The notes under the pieces: generated by a model | The model's input: the letters and a program-made list of their open reading frames with translations, nothing else | Databases searched by the model: none | Told to the model about the DNA's origin: nothing | Position numbers and translations under genes: made by a program | In this document: piece after piece, positions 29,193 through 39,652 of the stretch | How positions within the stretch are numbered: position 1 is the stretch's first letter | Layout: each line of letters starts with the position of its first letter | Origin: an uncultured virus (IMG/VR IMGVR_UViG_3300020048_000025) | Lineage: Duplodnaviria; Heunggongvirae; Uroviricota; Caudoviricetes | IMG/VR virus record: IMGVR_UViG_3300020048_000025 | Strand: one strand, 5' to 3' | DNA length: 64,000 bases

Positions 29193-29948
29193 ATGATTAG
29201 CCTTATACAACTACTTAAAGAAATACAAAACAAACCACACGCTATATTTTTAGCTGGACCTGCAGGTAGTGGTAAGTCATACATGTCTAAACAACTGATA
29301 CCACCATCACTAACTGTAATTAACTCGGACGACACGTACGAGGAAATGTTGAAAGCTAGTGGGATCGGCTTGAAACAGAAAGATTTCACCCCTGACCAGC
29401 TATCCGCAGCAGCCAAATTGCAAGCACAAGCTCGTAAAGTCACCCAAGACAAACTAGCACAATCTATGCAAAGCATGCAAGACATAGTTATTGATGGAAC
29501 AGGAGCAACACCCAACCCAGTACTGAAGAAAAAACAGGAACTCGAGTCACTGGGGTACACCACATTAATGTTAATGATTTATGTTTCACCATTAACTTCA
29601 CTCCAACGTAATTCAGAGCGTGAACGTAGCTTGATGCCTGGTATTGTGCTTAGAACATGGCGTGATGTAAATCGCAATATAGACACATACGCGCGCGAAT
29701 TTGGCGATAACTTTATATTAATAAACAACGACCCGAAAGACGCAAACAAGGCGTTTTCTGCCGCGTTGCTTGAGCCATATTTACTTGCACAAACTGCAAC
29801 CGGTAAACCGAAAACACCGGAAGAACAAGCAAAATCCGACGCGGACAAAGCACAATTAAATCGTGATATAGAGCAAATGGTAAAAACATTGCCACAATTT
29901 GACACATTAGACACGGCCAAACAAAAAATCAACACATTTTTAGCATGA
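29193..29948 (+). CDS. zeta-toxin-like P-loop kinase
   Basis: AIFLAGPAGSGKS, INSDD, IVIDGT, RN..R.R. Confidence 0.8.
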   Translation: MISLIQLLKEIQNKPHAIFLAGPAGSGKSYMSKQLIPPSLTVINSDDTYEEMLKASGIGLKQKDFTPDQLSAAAKLQAQARKVTQDKLAQSMQSMQDIVIDGTGATPNPVLKKKQELESLGYTTLMLMIYVSPLTSLQRNSERERSLMPGIVLRTWRDVNRNIDTYAREFGDNFILINNDPKDANKAFSAALLEPYLLAQTATGKPKTPEEQAKSDADKAQLNRDIEQMVKTLPQFDTLDTAKQKINTFLA

Positions 29949-30922
29949 ACCAACTAGTACAATCCATCATTCAACCATTCACCGAAGCGCAAATGAAATC
30001 AGTTGCACTTGTTCCCGGTGGGTATAAACCACCTACATCCGGTCACTTTTATCTCGTGAACGAGATGGCCAAACGTAGTGAAATAGACGAGGTGATTGTA
30101 CTAATTGGACATAAAGTACGTGATGGTATCACCGCTGAACAAAGTTTAGCGATATGGGAGATATACAAAAAATATTTACCGTCAAACGTTACCATACAAA
30201 TGGCTGAAGCAAATTCACCCATTTTAGACATACATAAAATAATTGGCGACAACCCCCAAAACTACTATTTCCCTGTGGTTGGTATACGCAGTGAAGAAGA
30301 CGCAAAAGACATTAAACGATTCGATTCACTAGGCAAAAAATACACCAATTTCAAAACCGTCGTTCTACCTGGCAACCCAGACGTAAGTGGAACCAAAGCA
30401 CGCCAGGCGCTAATGGAGGGTAACCACGATATCCTCAAACATTACTTACCCGATACATTGAGTGATGTTGAAATGCAACAAGTAGTAGACATACTTAACC
30501 CACAAACCACCGTAACCGAAACAGAACAACCCACCGATTCACGCCAATTATTGTTAGGATATATCCAGTCATTAAATGAGTATATGGTTAGTGAGGGAAT
30601 GAACGTACAGCCATTACCGCGCCTGGAAATAATCGACAACGATACTAAAAATGCAAGCGATTTCTTTGGCAAAACTGGATATTATAATCCTAATACTATG
30701 GTCATAACTGTATATTCATTTAACCGCTCTCCTCGTGATGTATTAGCCACAATATGTCATGAATATATTCATCATATTCAAAATCTAGAGGATCGTTTAC
30801 CTCAAATTAATACAACTAATGTTCACGAAGATGAAAAATTATTAGAAATTGAGCGTGAAGCATATGAGCAGGGTGGGTTGTTGTTAAGGAAATTGAAGAA
30901 TCATTTATTACCTAATTCATAA
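29945..30922 (+). CDS. HIGH-type nucleotidyltransferase fused to HEXXH zincin domain
   Basis: PGGYKPPTSGH, VSGT.AR; C-terminal CHEYIHHIQ..E.EA. Confidence 0.75.
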   Translation: MNQLVQSIIQPFTEAQMKSVALVPGGYKPPTSGHFYLVNEMAKRSEIDEVIVLIGHKVRDGITAEQSLAIWEIYKKYLPSNVTIQMAEANSPILDIHKIIGDNPQNYYFPVVGIRSEEDAKDIKRFDSLGKKYTNFKTVVLPGNPDVSGTKARQALMEGNHDILKHYLPDTLSDVEMQQVVDILNPQTTVTETEQPTDSRQLLLGYIQSLNEYMVSEGMNVQPLPRLEIIDNDTKNASDFFGKTGYYNPNTMVITVYSFNRSPRDVLATICHEYIHHIQNLEDRLPQINTTNVHEDEKLLEIEREAYEQGGLLLRKLKNHLLPNS

Positions 30923-31728
30923 TGTTTATAACAGGTATATATAAAATAATCAACCCTAATAATAAAATATATGTTGGGAAAAGTAAAAACATCACACAAC
31001 GATTTTCTAGTTACTTAAAACTTCAACATTGTAAGCAACAGATAAAATTATATAATTCTTTAAAAAAATATGGTCCTGAAAATCACATATTTGAAATATT
31101 AGAAGAATGTGATATAAATATAATAGATGAACGAGAAATATACTGGATATCATTTTTGAAATGTATTGAATTAGGATTGAATTTAACGCATGGAGGTGAA
31201 GGTGGTAAGTTATCTCCTGAATCTGAGTTAAAAAAAAGAATAAACAATTCATATCCAATATATCAATTTGATATGGATGGTAATTTTATAAAAAAATATG
31301 ATGGAGCATCTTTTGCAGTAGAAGAGTTGGGTTTTGGATTTCCCAATAACATAAATGATTGTGCTCGGGGTAAATATAAATCTACATATGGTTACAGGTG
31401 GGTATATGAAAATGATATTCAAGATTTAAATAACATTATTTTATCTCCTATTGAATATGCTCCTAGAGGTACTAAATGGGATGAAGAAAGAAGAACCAAA
31501 ACCAAAAAATCACGTGAAGGAGAAACCCGCAACCAAGAATATAAAGATAAAATCAAACAAATTAAACAAAAACCAGTATATAGAACAGACATTTCAGGTA
31601 ATACTCATAAAATCTTCAATTCATTTTCTGAATCTGATGGTTCTAAAATCATTGGTTCTAAAAAATTAAGAAATATACTAAATAAGAACATATATTATAA
31701 AGGTTATATTTATCATTATAACATATAA
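30922..31728 (+). CDS. GIY-YIG homing endonuclease with NUMOD1-like repeats
   Basis: GIYKI..KIYVGKS..LYNS..KYG..LNLT.GGEG; PIYQFDMDGNFIK; markedly AT-rich. Confidence 0.85.
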   Translation: MFITGIYKIINPNNKIYVGKSKNITQRFSSYLKLQHCKQQIKLYNSLKKYGPENHIFEILEECDINIIDEREIYWISFLKCIELGLNLTHGGEGGKLSPESELKKRINNSYPIYQFDMDGNFIKKYDGASFAVEELGFGFPNNINDCARGKYKSTYGYRWVYENDIQDLNNIILSPIEYAPRGTKWDEERRTKTKKSREGETRNQEYKDKIKQIKQKPVYRTDISGNTHKIFNSFSESDGSKIIGSKKLRNILNKNIYYKGYIYHYNI

Positions 31729-31779
31729 ATTTCAAACAAATCCGTGCCCCACTAAAACAAAATATGTACATTCACCGTT

Positions 31780-32319
31780 ATGCCAACACTATTAGACTTA
31801 TACAATTTAATTAGAGAAGAAGCCCATCCACAATATATCATATTCTGTGATTTGGATGGTGTTTTAGTAGATTTCGACAAAGGTTACAAACAATTAACAG
31901 GTAAAAATACACACCACGCTGATGTGCAAACCAAAAAGGAATTTTGGAAAACATTCAACACATCCATATCATCAAATAACACATCCGAATTCAAATACTG
32001 GTCGGAATTAGAGTGGATGCCTGATGGGAAACAATTATGGGACTATATCAAACAATACAACCCATTCATATTAACCGCACCAACATTCAATCCAGAATCA
32101 AAAGAAGGCAAGCGCGTGTGGGTTACAAATCACCTAGACAACGTACGTAAACTGTATTTCAAATCGGCTGCTACCAAAGCTGAATATTCACGCAAAAACC
32201 GTATACTTATCGACGATAGAGCGGCTACAATCGATGATTGGAGATCAAAAGGTGGTGTAGGTATCCTTCACACTAGCGCCACAGATACAATAGAACAACT
32301 TAAACAACTCGGACTATAA
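31780..32319 (+). CDS. HAD-family 5'(3')-nucleotidase
   Basis: DLDGVLVDF, ILTAP, ILIDDR..W...GG.GILH. Confidence 0.85.
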   Translation: MPTLLDLYNLIREEAHPQYIIFCDLDGVLVDFDKGYKQLTGKNTHHADVQTKKEFWKTFNTSISSNNTSEFKYWSELEWMPDGKQLWDYIKQYNPFILTAPTFNPESKEGKRVWVTNHLDNVRKLYFKSAATKAEYSRKNRILIDDRAATIDDWRSKGGVGILHTSATDTIEQLKQLGL

Positions 32320-32900
32320 TGTCAGTACTAAAAAAACAATTCGCTGAACGTGATGTACAGCGTATCCGTAACCTAGTAAAAGGTAAAAGTGGCGAGCGTA
32401 CCACCCACGGAGTAGGTTATACTAAATCAGAAGAAGACCATATTGAAGGTGACGTGTGGGTAGAGGATGGAAAAAAATGGACCATCCGAGACGGCATCCG
32501 CGAAAACATTACCAAACTGGACAAATTCAAAAATTTAGCTGTCCCGTTATTCTGCCCATCGTGTAAACAGGTGATGGACAAACAACTGGATCCACACTAC
32601 TACAAATCGTATGGCACATGTTTAGATTGCCGTACTGTATTTGAAACCAAACATAAAATAGCAGGTACATGGGAAGACTATGTAACTGAAGCATACAACA
32701 AAGAAATCGACGGGCATATTGAAGAATACAAAGCATATATGCAAGATGCATTATCTGAAAGTAACGAAGGATACGTTACCGAAGCCGGTGATATCCAGAA
32801 ATGGGTTGGTGGAGTAGACAGAGAACGTGTGGAACAATCCATGAAAGAATCGATCGAATATTTAAACAGTTTAAAACGTAAACCAAACACTAATGAGTAA
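32319..32900 (+). CDS. hypothetical protein with two CxxC pairs
   Basis: CPSC..CLDC. Confidence 0.7.
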   Translation: MSVLKKQFAERDVQRIRNLVKGKSGERTTHGVGYTKSEEDHIEGDVWVEDGKKWTIRDGIRENITKLDKFKNLAVPLFCPSCKQVMDKQLDPHYYKSYGTCLDCRTVFETKHKIAGTWEDYVTEAYNKEIDGHIEEYKAYMQDALSESNEGYVTEAGDIQKWVGGVDRERVEQSMKESIEYLNSLKRKPNTNE

Positions 32901-33105
32901 ATTTGACGCACATAAATGGTTCAAGGCGCAATACCTAATGGAAACACCACTTGAATTAACATTACCTGAAAAAATATATGGTAGGTTGGATTCGATATTG
33001 ATGGACTTAGAGAACGTAAACGAGAGTGAGGTACCATTTGATGCACAAGCATTACGTGAACAAGTTAACCAAACACTAACAATACTTAAACAAAACATCA
33101 AATAG
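32893..33105 (+). CDS. hypothetical protein
   Basis: overlapping start; 70 aa. Confidence 0.6.
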   Translation: MSKFDAHKWFKAQYLMETPLELTLPEKIYGRLDSILMDLENVNESEVPFDAQALREQVNQTLTILKQNIK

Positions 33106-33141
33106 TATATTTCTGTACATATTTATATTAAAACACATACA

Positions 33142-33729
33142 ATGAACGATAATTTTGATTTACGTAAATTTTTAGTGGAGAGTAAGGCCATTGAAAATAT
33201 GAACCCTATTTTCCGCAAATTGAACGAAAACACGGAAAATACTACAGCGGAAACAACCGAAACAACCACTACTGAAACGTTAACCGAAAATGCATTACGC
33301 GCTAAAATTCGCGAAATGGTATTAAACGAATTGGGTGGTACTAACCAAAATTTAGGAGACGATATATTCAATAATAATAGTGAAATTGATCCTGACGGAG
33401 ATGAGATGTATTCATCATCATACTTGAAAGATTTAGAATACATGTTCCAAGACGATGAAGACGAGTTGTACGAAGCGAAAAAAGACGAAGCAGAAGACCT
33501 ACCTGCAGACGACGCTGAACTAGACCCAGACATGGCTATGGACGCAGAAATGGACGCTCCTGAAGACGAATTAACTGCTGCTGCATCTGGTGCAACTGGT
33601 GACGCTAAGGAATTAATTAACAACTTAATGACATCTTTGGATGTAGCTAAAACAATGGGTAACGAAAAATTAACTACCCAAATTTTAAACACACTTAAAT
33701 TCGCTATTGACCAATCAATGGCCCAGTAA
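33142..33729 (+). CDS. acidic putative head core/internal protein
   Basis: FDLRKFLVE leader; LNE/LTE/LYE sites; late motif. Confidence 0.6.
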   Translation: MNDNFDLRKFLVESKAIENMNPIFRKLNENTENTTAETTETTTTETLTENALRAKIREMVLNELGGTNQNLGDDIFNNNSEIDPDGDEMYSSSYLKDLEYMFQDDEDELYEAKKDEAEDLPADDAELDPDMAMDAEMDAPEDELTAAASGATGDAKELINNLMTSLDVAKTMGNEKLTTQILNTLKFAIDQSMAQ

Positions 33730-33751
33730 TAAACAACAAATAATCAAATCT

Positions 33752-33925
33752 ATGAACACAACAGAAATCCTAGACGCAATAATTGCATCAGTCGAAGTTT
33801 TGAAAAAAGAACACGCAAGTAAATTCAATGTATCTCGTCAAAGAGCACGTAGTGCTGCAAACGAAATCAAAAATTTATCAACTGAATTTAAGAAAACATC
33901 ATTGGTTGAAGACAAAACGAAATAG
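33752..33925 (+). CDS. histone H1-like Hc1-family protein
   Basis: RQRARSAANEIKNLSTEFKKTSL resembles the Hc1 pattern RARK.S.EL.KL.KEFRK.S. Confidence 0.55.
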   Translation: MNTTEILDAIIASVEVLKKEHASKFNVSRQRARSAANEIKNLSTEFKKTSLVEDKTK

Positions 33926-33927
33926 TC

Positions 33928-34599
33928 ATGCCATATAAACGAATCGGAAAAACTGTATACAAAAAGTTACCCAACGGAAAACTAGAATCCGTTGGGGTAT
34001 CTGATTCCGTTGAAAAGGCAAAAGCACATTTACGTGCACTATATGCGGCTGAAACAAATGAATCATTAACCGAAGGTCTATCACCCGAAGTATCCAAAAA
34101 AGCAGTAGCTATATTCAAATCAATGATCGCAGATAAACGCGATTCACTATTTAAACGATATGGTGCTGATGCTGAAAAGGTAGCATATGGTCACGCCATA
34201 GCAAAAGCCAAACAAATAAACGAACGAAACACCATGCAACAAACAGACAAACTCCGTGAAATGGTACGTGCGGCCCTATCCACACCAATGGAAGAAATTA
34301 ACTCAACCGAGTATATCAACGAACGTGAAACTGTAACTGAAGACGACTGGAAGCAACCAGATGACGAGAGCGACATGGCAAAATCCCAACTACACAATCT
34401 AATCAAAGACGCGCAACGTCTTGAATCCATGATTGTAGACGGAGAACAATTGGACGCATGGGTACAAGCCAAACTAACCAAAGCACAAGACTACATCAAT
34501 TCAGTACACAATTATTTGTGTGGTGAAAGAGTAGAAAAAAAACACGTGGACGTTGAACTAACTGAACGTATATTTAACCGCATTAAAAATCGAATGTAA
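33928..34599 (+). CDS. hypothetical multi-module head protein
   Basis: MAKSQL..QLDAWVQAKLTKAQDYI module; LTE/INE sites. Confidence 0.65.
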   Translation: MPYKRIGKTVYKKLPNGKLESVGVSDSVEKAKAHLRALYAAETNESLTEGLSPEVSKKAVAIFKSMIADKRDSLFKRYGADAEKVAYGHAIAKAKQINERNTMQQTDKLREMVRAALSTPMEEINSTEYINERETVTEDDWKQPDDESDMAKSQLHNLIKDAQRLESMIVDGEQLDAWVQAKLTKAQDYINSVHNYLCGERVEKKHVDVELTERIFNRIKNRM

Positions 34600-35066
34600 T
34601 GACTGCAGATGAACTAAAATCCCGCATTCGCACATTAGCAAAACAGGTATATTCTAAATCAAAAACAGATGTACTACCTGGTGTTGTAGAATACGATGAA
34701 TTAACCAAATTCCCCGAACTTAAAGCAGTGCTGGTTAATTTACTAACTCGCGAATACGACAATTTCCTTTCATCTATTGACTGGGTAGCACCTAGACCTA
34801 CCACATTCCGTATCAACTTAAAGAACGACCAAGAATTTTACCTCATTTACGGTACACGCAGTTGGATAGCACAAATCGAAGGAAAAAGATACTACCTAGC
34901 GAACCTACCAGAGGAAGAACGAGCAGCCGAATCACTAGCACGCATATTGAGATATGGCGCTAAGGAAGAAGTAAGCGAAGACAACGACGGATTCAACAAT
35001 TTCCCAGAAGAAAAACCAGCAAAAGAAGAAACACCACCAACCGAACCAGAAAAACCTGAAGCGTAA
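34599..35066 (+). CDS. hypothetical protein
   Basis: TAATG coupling on both sides. Confidence 0.7.
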   Translation: MTADELKSRIRTLAKQVYSKSKTDVLPGVVEYDELTKFPELKAVLVNLLTREYDNFLSSIDWVAPRPTTFRINLKNDQEFYLIYGTRSWIAQIEGKRYYLANLPEEERAAESLARILRYGAKEEVSEDNDGFNNFPEEKPAKEETPPTEPEKPEA

Positions 35067-36502
35067 TGGACGTTATTGAAAAATTCCTACACAGCATAGC
35101 ATATAAATTCCCAAAAGGATACATGGATATGAACCACCCAGGAGATGTTACATTATTGGAAAGTGAGTTAGGCAAATTAGGTATTAATTTAAATGAGCTG
35201 AAGATTACAGATCATTGGTCTGAACGAGTTAAAGAAAGAGGAAATATATTAGATATAGAAAATTTACCTAAAGATTACCCTTTAACTAAAGAAGAAGTAA
35301 TCCAATTGATAGAAAATGAATTAATTGATAGAACAACTCGACTAGAGAACCTTAAAGACCTCCCTTCATCTATATCCAATCAAATAGGCTATAAATTACT
35401 TCAACCTGTCATTAACCACGATGGTAAAAACATAATACTTAATTTAAAAGTAAGATATTCAACTGAGAGTGGATATAGAACAAGTTTAGGTAATTCATAT
35501 CTAGTCATAATAGATAACAATTCATTAATAACATTTATACTTTTGAATAATGATGATAGTGTTACTATAGAAAAATCTATGGCTGATCATTTAGAACGAA
35601 AAAACAAAAAACCTAAACCTATTAAAATATTCAATCCTACTAACTATAAATTTATAATTCCTCTATCAAAAACCACAGAAATTGATTCTATAACCAAAGA
35701 TGAATTACCCTATAAAGTTAGAACTGATTATAGAGTAGGAGCTAATTTTGAACATGAAAAATATGGTATTGGAAAAATTGTAGCTACTTCCTCGGGTTCT
35801 GGGGGTAAAGGGGATTCTAGGGGGTATATAGATTGGGTAGATGTAGATTTTGGTAAAACTTACGTATCAGGAGGGGTAGCAAAAACTATTAGAAGAATCC
35901 CTAATATATATACTTTAATATCAACTTTAATTCAAAAAGAAAATATTAATGAGGCTAAACAAATAGGAGATATATACCATTTTACTGACTTGGAAACTTT
36001 ATATAATATGATGAATGTCCATCAAAAAATAGAATTAGATAAAAGTTACTCTAGTCTAGCATCTAATTCATATTATTCATTTACTCGAAATCCTAATTTA
36101 TTAACCTTAGGAGACAGTAAACATCAAGTTAGAATAGAATTGAATGGAGATAAAATGTCCAATAAATATAAATTTGAACCGTATGTTGATGTAGATAGTG
36201 GGGAAGATGATTTTAATTATAGTAAGAATTCACCAAATTTTGTAGCTGAAGAAAGAATCAGTTCTAAATATGGTAATATAGATTTAACTCCTTACATAGA
36301 AAACATAACTATTATTGATGAAGAACATTTCCTTAAATATCTTGAACACAAATGGAGTAATACTAAATATTACAATGAAATGAAAAATGATTATTATAGT
36401 GTTATAGAATGGATAAAATCATTAAATATTCCTTTAAATTTTTCTAATTCCCATACATCTACCACCCATAGAGTACATAGTAAGCATAGTAATAAAATAT
36501 AA
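35066..36502 (+). CDS. chimeric protein: leader plus two AT-rich domains, the second possibly ADP-ribosyltransferase-like
   Basis: domains start after NLNE and NINE; YHFT..SFTR..AEERI. Confidence 0.55.
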   Translation: MDVIEKFLHSIAYKFPKGYMDMNHPGDVTLLESELGKLGINLNELKITDHWSERVKERGNILDIENLPKDYPLTKEEVIQLIENELIDRTTRLENLKDLPSSISNQIGYKLLQPVINHDGKNIILNLKVRYSTESGYRTSLGNSYLVIIDNNSLITFILLNNDDSVTIEKSMADHLERKNKKPKPIKIFNPTNYKFIIPLSKTTEIDSITKDELPYKVRTDYRVGANFEHEKYGIGKIVATSSGSGGKGDSRGYIDWVDVDFGKTYVSGGVAKTIRRIPNIYTLISTLIQKENINEAKQIGDIYHFTDLETLYNMMNVHQKIELDKSYSSLASNSYYSFTRNPNLLTLGDSKHQVRIELNGDKMSNKYKFEPYVDVDSGEDDFNYSKNSPNFVAEERISSKYGNIDLTPYIENITIIDEEHFLKYLEHKWSNTKYYNEMKNDYYSVIEWIKSLNIPLNFSNSHTSTTHRVHSKHSNKI

Positions 36503-36562
36503 TTTGTTTTTACTAATTCTTTTTCATATATTTAACAATATTAAATAATAAAAATAAAGGTT

Positions 36563-37438
36563 ATGAAAGAACAATTAATTATTTCCGATTTTATATCTAA
36601 TGAACATATATATGATAGTTTAATACGAAAAACATTAGATATCAAAGATGGCGAACCTATCACCCAACCAAAAGGAACATATTCATTGAAAGGTGGAACG
36701 TTCATGGAACAAGTAAACCCATCTGACAAAAACGAATTCGATAAACTATATAATGTTGCACCACCTAAAAAAGGCGAAGAAGAAGGTGAAACAAAGGGTG
36801 TGGGTAATGGTGAGGTAGCCCTATACTGGCTGTATAAATACTCAGGAAATGATGTTAAAGTAGGTAGAGAAGGTGACGATCCTGATTTATTTATCAACGG
36901 TAAAGGCGTTGAAGTTAAAGCATATAAATCACACACTGGTAAAATTGGTTTGGGGCGATTTGGCACTGACAGAGATAACCTTCAATTATTGAGTATCATA
37001 TTTGGTATTAAATCATTAAGCGAAGCATTAGGTAGTAAATCAGAAGGACCCGCAATTAACCCAACCAACTTTAAAGGTACTGACCTAATTCCCGCATTCG
37101 AACAAGTACTTGAACTTGAACGTATACCTGATTTGGATAGACTTGCATCTCAATACAATGTATTTGCCACTATTAAAGAAAATATAGATATATTAAATAA
37201 TACATTAAATAACCCTACTGAAGCAAAAGAGGGCGCTGCCGCTATGGCTGCAAAAATGATTGAATCCAAACTAAGCAGAAAACCAGGCGACGGAAATTAC
37301 CTAGCAAACGTATTGAAAAACGGTAGCATCAAATTCTTCAACATAGACTTTGAAAAACTCGAATCAAACGAAAACCTACTAGACAATTTCGCAGCAAAAC
37401 AAAGCGCAATATATCTGGATTTCGGAAAAATATTTTAA
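36563..37438 (+). CDS. putative PD-(D/E)XK nuclease-fold protein
   Basis: G.GEVA..PDLFING..VEVKA. Confidence 0.55.
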   Translation: MKEQLIISDFISNEHIYDSLIRKTLDIKDGEPITQPKGTYSLKGGTFMEQVNPSDKNEFDKLYNVAPPKKGEEEGETKGVGNGEVALYWLYKYSGNDVKVGREGDDPDLFINGKGVEVKAYKSHTGKIGLGRFGTDRDNLQLLSIIFGIKSLSEALGSKSEGPAINPTNFKGTDLIPAFEQVLELERIPDLDRLASQYNVFATIKENIDILNNTLNNPTEAKEGAAAMAAKMIESKLSRKPGDGNYLANVLKNGSIKFFNIDFEKLESNENLLDNFAAKQSAIYLDFGKIF

Positions 37439-37452
37439 AATTATACCTAGAT

Positions 37453-37974
37453 ATGAACCCATCAGATTTAGTTACTGAAGATTTAATAAATTATTGTAGG
37501 AACTTTCCAATTATTGTAGTATGTGGATATACTAAAACAGGTAAAGTCACCATAGCTAGAGAACTTTCTAAACAACTTAATAGACCCCTACTTGAATCAG
37601 ACGATTACATTGACTATCAAAACCGAAAAAATTCCTTATATCTATTTATGAATGCAGTAATTCCATATACTAACACTAACACACCTGTTATAGTTGAAGG
37701 AATATCATGTTTTCGTTTACTTCGTAAAGGCATACAATTAGGTAATTTTTTACCGGATTTAATAATTAAAACTAAATGTAATAACTACACTATTAGTTAC
37801 TTTTATGAAAATGATGGGGAATCACATAAAATAGAAAAAGCACTTTCTTTTAACAATGGTCTAAATAAAATATGGAATGAATATAGAAAATTACTACTAG
37901 AAAATCCTCACCTAAAACGCCCTCGATATATTGAATTAGAAACAACTCTCCCTGAATTTTCGTATTTCCCATAA
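37453..37974 (+). CDS. P-loop nucleotide kinase-like protein
   Basis: VVCGYTKTGKVT.A..L..ESDDY..VIVEG; AT-rich. Confidence 0.7.
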   Translation: MNPSDLVTEDLINYCRNFPIIVVCGYTKTGKVTIARELSKQLNRPLLESDDYIDYQNRKNSLYLFMNAVIPYTNTNTPVIVEGISCFRLLRKGIQLGNFLPDLIIKTKCNNYTISYFYENDGESHKIEKALSFNNGLNKIWNEYRKLLLENPHLKRPRYIELETTLPEFSYFP

Positions 37975-37993
37975 AATATAAATATTTATAACC

Positions 37994-39115
37994 ATGAACA
38001 GACTAGAGAGACTCATTCGCGAAGCACTATCCACCCCACCCAAACAAGACACATGCAATTGTGGTTGCCACGATTGTGACAATGTTGGAAATCCGGGTGT
38101 AGTTATAAACGAATCTCTAGGCACACCAATAGTAATGACGGAAAATCTGCGATATCACGTGGAAAATAAATTGCCACTCACAGAGAACACATTCCGTTAT
38201 GGCTCAAAATCGTTCCTCGATTTATGGGCAGAAGCTCGCTACCTATACCTACGCGAAGCAATTCATGTAAACGATTTAGACAAAGATATACTTACCGAAA
38301 CCAATTTAGGCGAATATGGTATGTTTGAAGGTAAACGTGTACCATTGGATATGCCTATGGGATATGAAAACCCATATGAACCAATACTAGAAGACATCCA
38401 GGTGTATGGTAAAATATACGAATCAGTAAACGTAAACAATTCATATAAACTGGACGATACCAAATCAAATGAAGCCGGCAGTGAATTCATATTCACCGAC
38501 AAACATGGAATCAAACGTAAATTGATGTTTTTGTTTGGCAGTAACGTTAAACTGTTATGGTTTAACCCATCCACTCAAGAATGGACAACCGATTCCATCC
38601 CAAGTAAATACGAGGACGAGAAAGTAATGAACACGTTTGGAATGATATTAACCAAAATGATATTGCCAAAATACGGTTCATTTAACTTACAAGCATTGAG
38701 CATGGCTCGTTACCGTTTATTTCGCGCATTGATATATAATGGGTTAGATACATCTCAATACGAAATGGACTACGATGACGATACTAGAACAATTGACGTG
38801 TATCGCATAGAGGACATCAACGAGGCAGACAAAAAAGACCCACCAATAGGCAAACCAAAACGTGGTGGAGCTGGCGGTAAAAAATACTACGTGTATGTAC
38901 GCGATCCAAAAACCAAACGCGTTAAAAAGGTGTCATTTGGTGATGCTGGTGGATTGAAATCTAAAATTAACAACCCAGAGGCACGTCGAGCATTCGCTAA
39001 ACGACATAAATGTGGTACTGGTGAACCAAAAACAAGTGCGCGTTTCTGGAGTTGTCGCTTGCCCCGTTACGCCAAAGCACTTGGTATTAACACAACATTT
39101 ACAGGATTTTGGTGA
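37994..39115 (+). CDS. multi-domain hypothetical protein with basic C-terminal domain
   Basis: LERLIREAL leader; C-terminal KKYYVYV..VSFGD..F..RH.C..A.FWSC. Confidence 0.7.
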   Translation: MNRLERLIREALSTPPKQDTCNCGCHDCDNVGNPGVVINESLGTPIVMTENLRYHVENKLPLTENTFRYGSKSFLDLWAEARYLYLREAIHVNDLDKDILTETNLGEYGMFEGKRVPLDMPMGYENPYEPILEDIQVYGKIYESVNVNNSYKLDDTKSNEAGSEFIFTDKHGIKRKLMFLFGSNVKLLWFNPSTQEWTTDSIPSKYEDEKVMNTFGMILTKMILPKYGSFNLQALSMARYRLFRALIYNGLDTSQYEMDYDDDTRTIDVYRIEDINEADKKDPPIGKPKRGGAGGKKYYVYVRDPKTKRVKKVSFGDAGGLKSKINNPEARRAFAKRHKCGTGEPKTSARFWSCRLPRYAKALGINTTFTGFW

Positions 39116-39486
39116 TGAATAAACTACAACAACTTATACAAGAAGCACTCAAAAACCATCCCGGTTTATGGGCAAACATTCATGCTAAACGTGAACGTGG
39201 AGAAAAACCGGCTCGCAAAGGCAGCAAAGCATATAAATCAGCAGTAGCCGCTGGCAGGGAAATAAACAAATTAAACGAGGAAACCACCAACCTACAATTC
39301 CCAGACGGCTTCCAACCAGCAAAATCCATTCCAAACGGAGGCGCTATGTGTGCTAATTGCGCTAAATGGAACGAGAAAACACAATTGTGCGAAGGTCAAT
39401 ACTATATTGACTGGCACGGAAACGGTGAAATACCAACCGAACCAACAGAATATGTTTGCATTTGGTGGGTAGACGAGCGAAAATAA
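39115..39486 (+). CDS. hypothetical protein with Cys-rich C-terminus
   Basis: LQQLIQEAL leader, GLWANIHAKR, CANC..C..C. Confidence 0.65.
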   Translation: MNKLQQLIQEALKNHPGLWANIHAKRERGEKPARKGSKAYKSAVAAGREINKLNEETTNLQFPDGFQPAKSIPNGGAMCANCAKWNEKTQLCEGQYYIDWHGNGEIPTEPTEYVCIWWVDERK

Positions 39487-39496
39487 TCCCATATAT

Positions 39497-39649
39497 ATGA
39501 TTAAATTAATAGACATATTGCGAGAAATAGTAACCGCTACACAAGTAATATGCGACAATTGTGGTCATTCATGGGATATTGCAGACGGCGGAGATGATTT
39601 ATATATTTGCCATGATTGTAACCACGATAATACACCCGAACTACCATAA
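39497..39649 (+). CDS. 50-aa zinc-ribbon protein
   Basis: MIKLIDILREIV..CDNC..CHDC. Confidence 0.65.
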   Translation: MIKLIDILREIVTATQVICDNCGHSWDIADGGDDLYICHDCNHDNTPELP

Positions 39650-39652
39650 AGT

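Noticed and set aside
29193..29948. Zeta toxin-antitoxin module
   Set aside because: No adjacent antitoxin-like gene; kinase fold only
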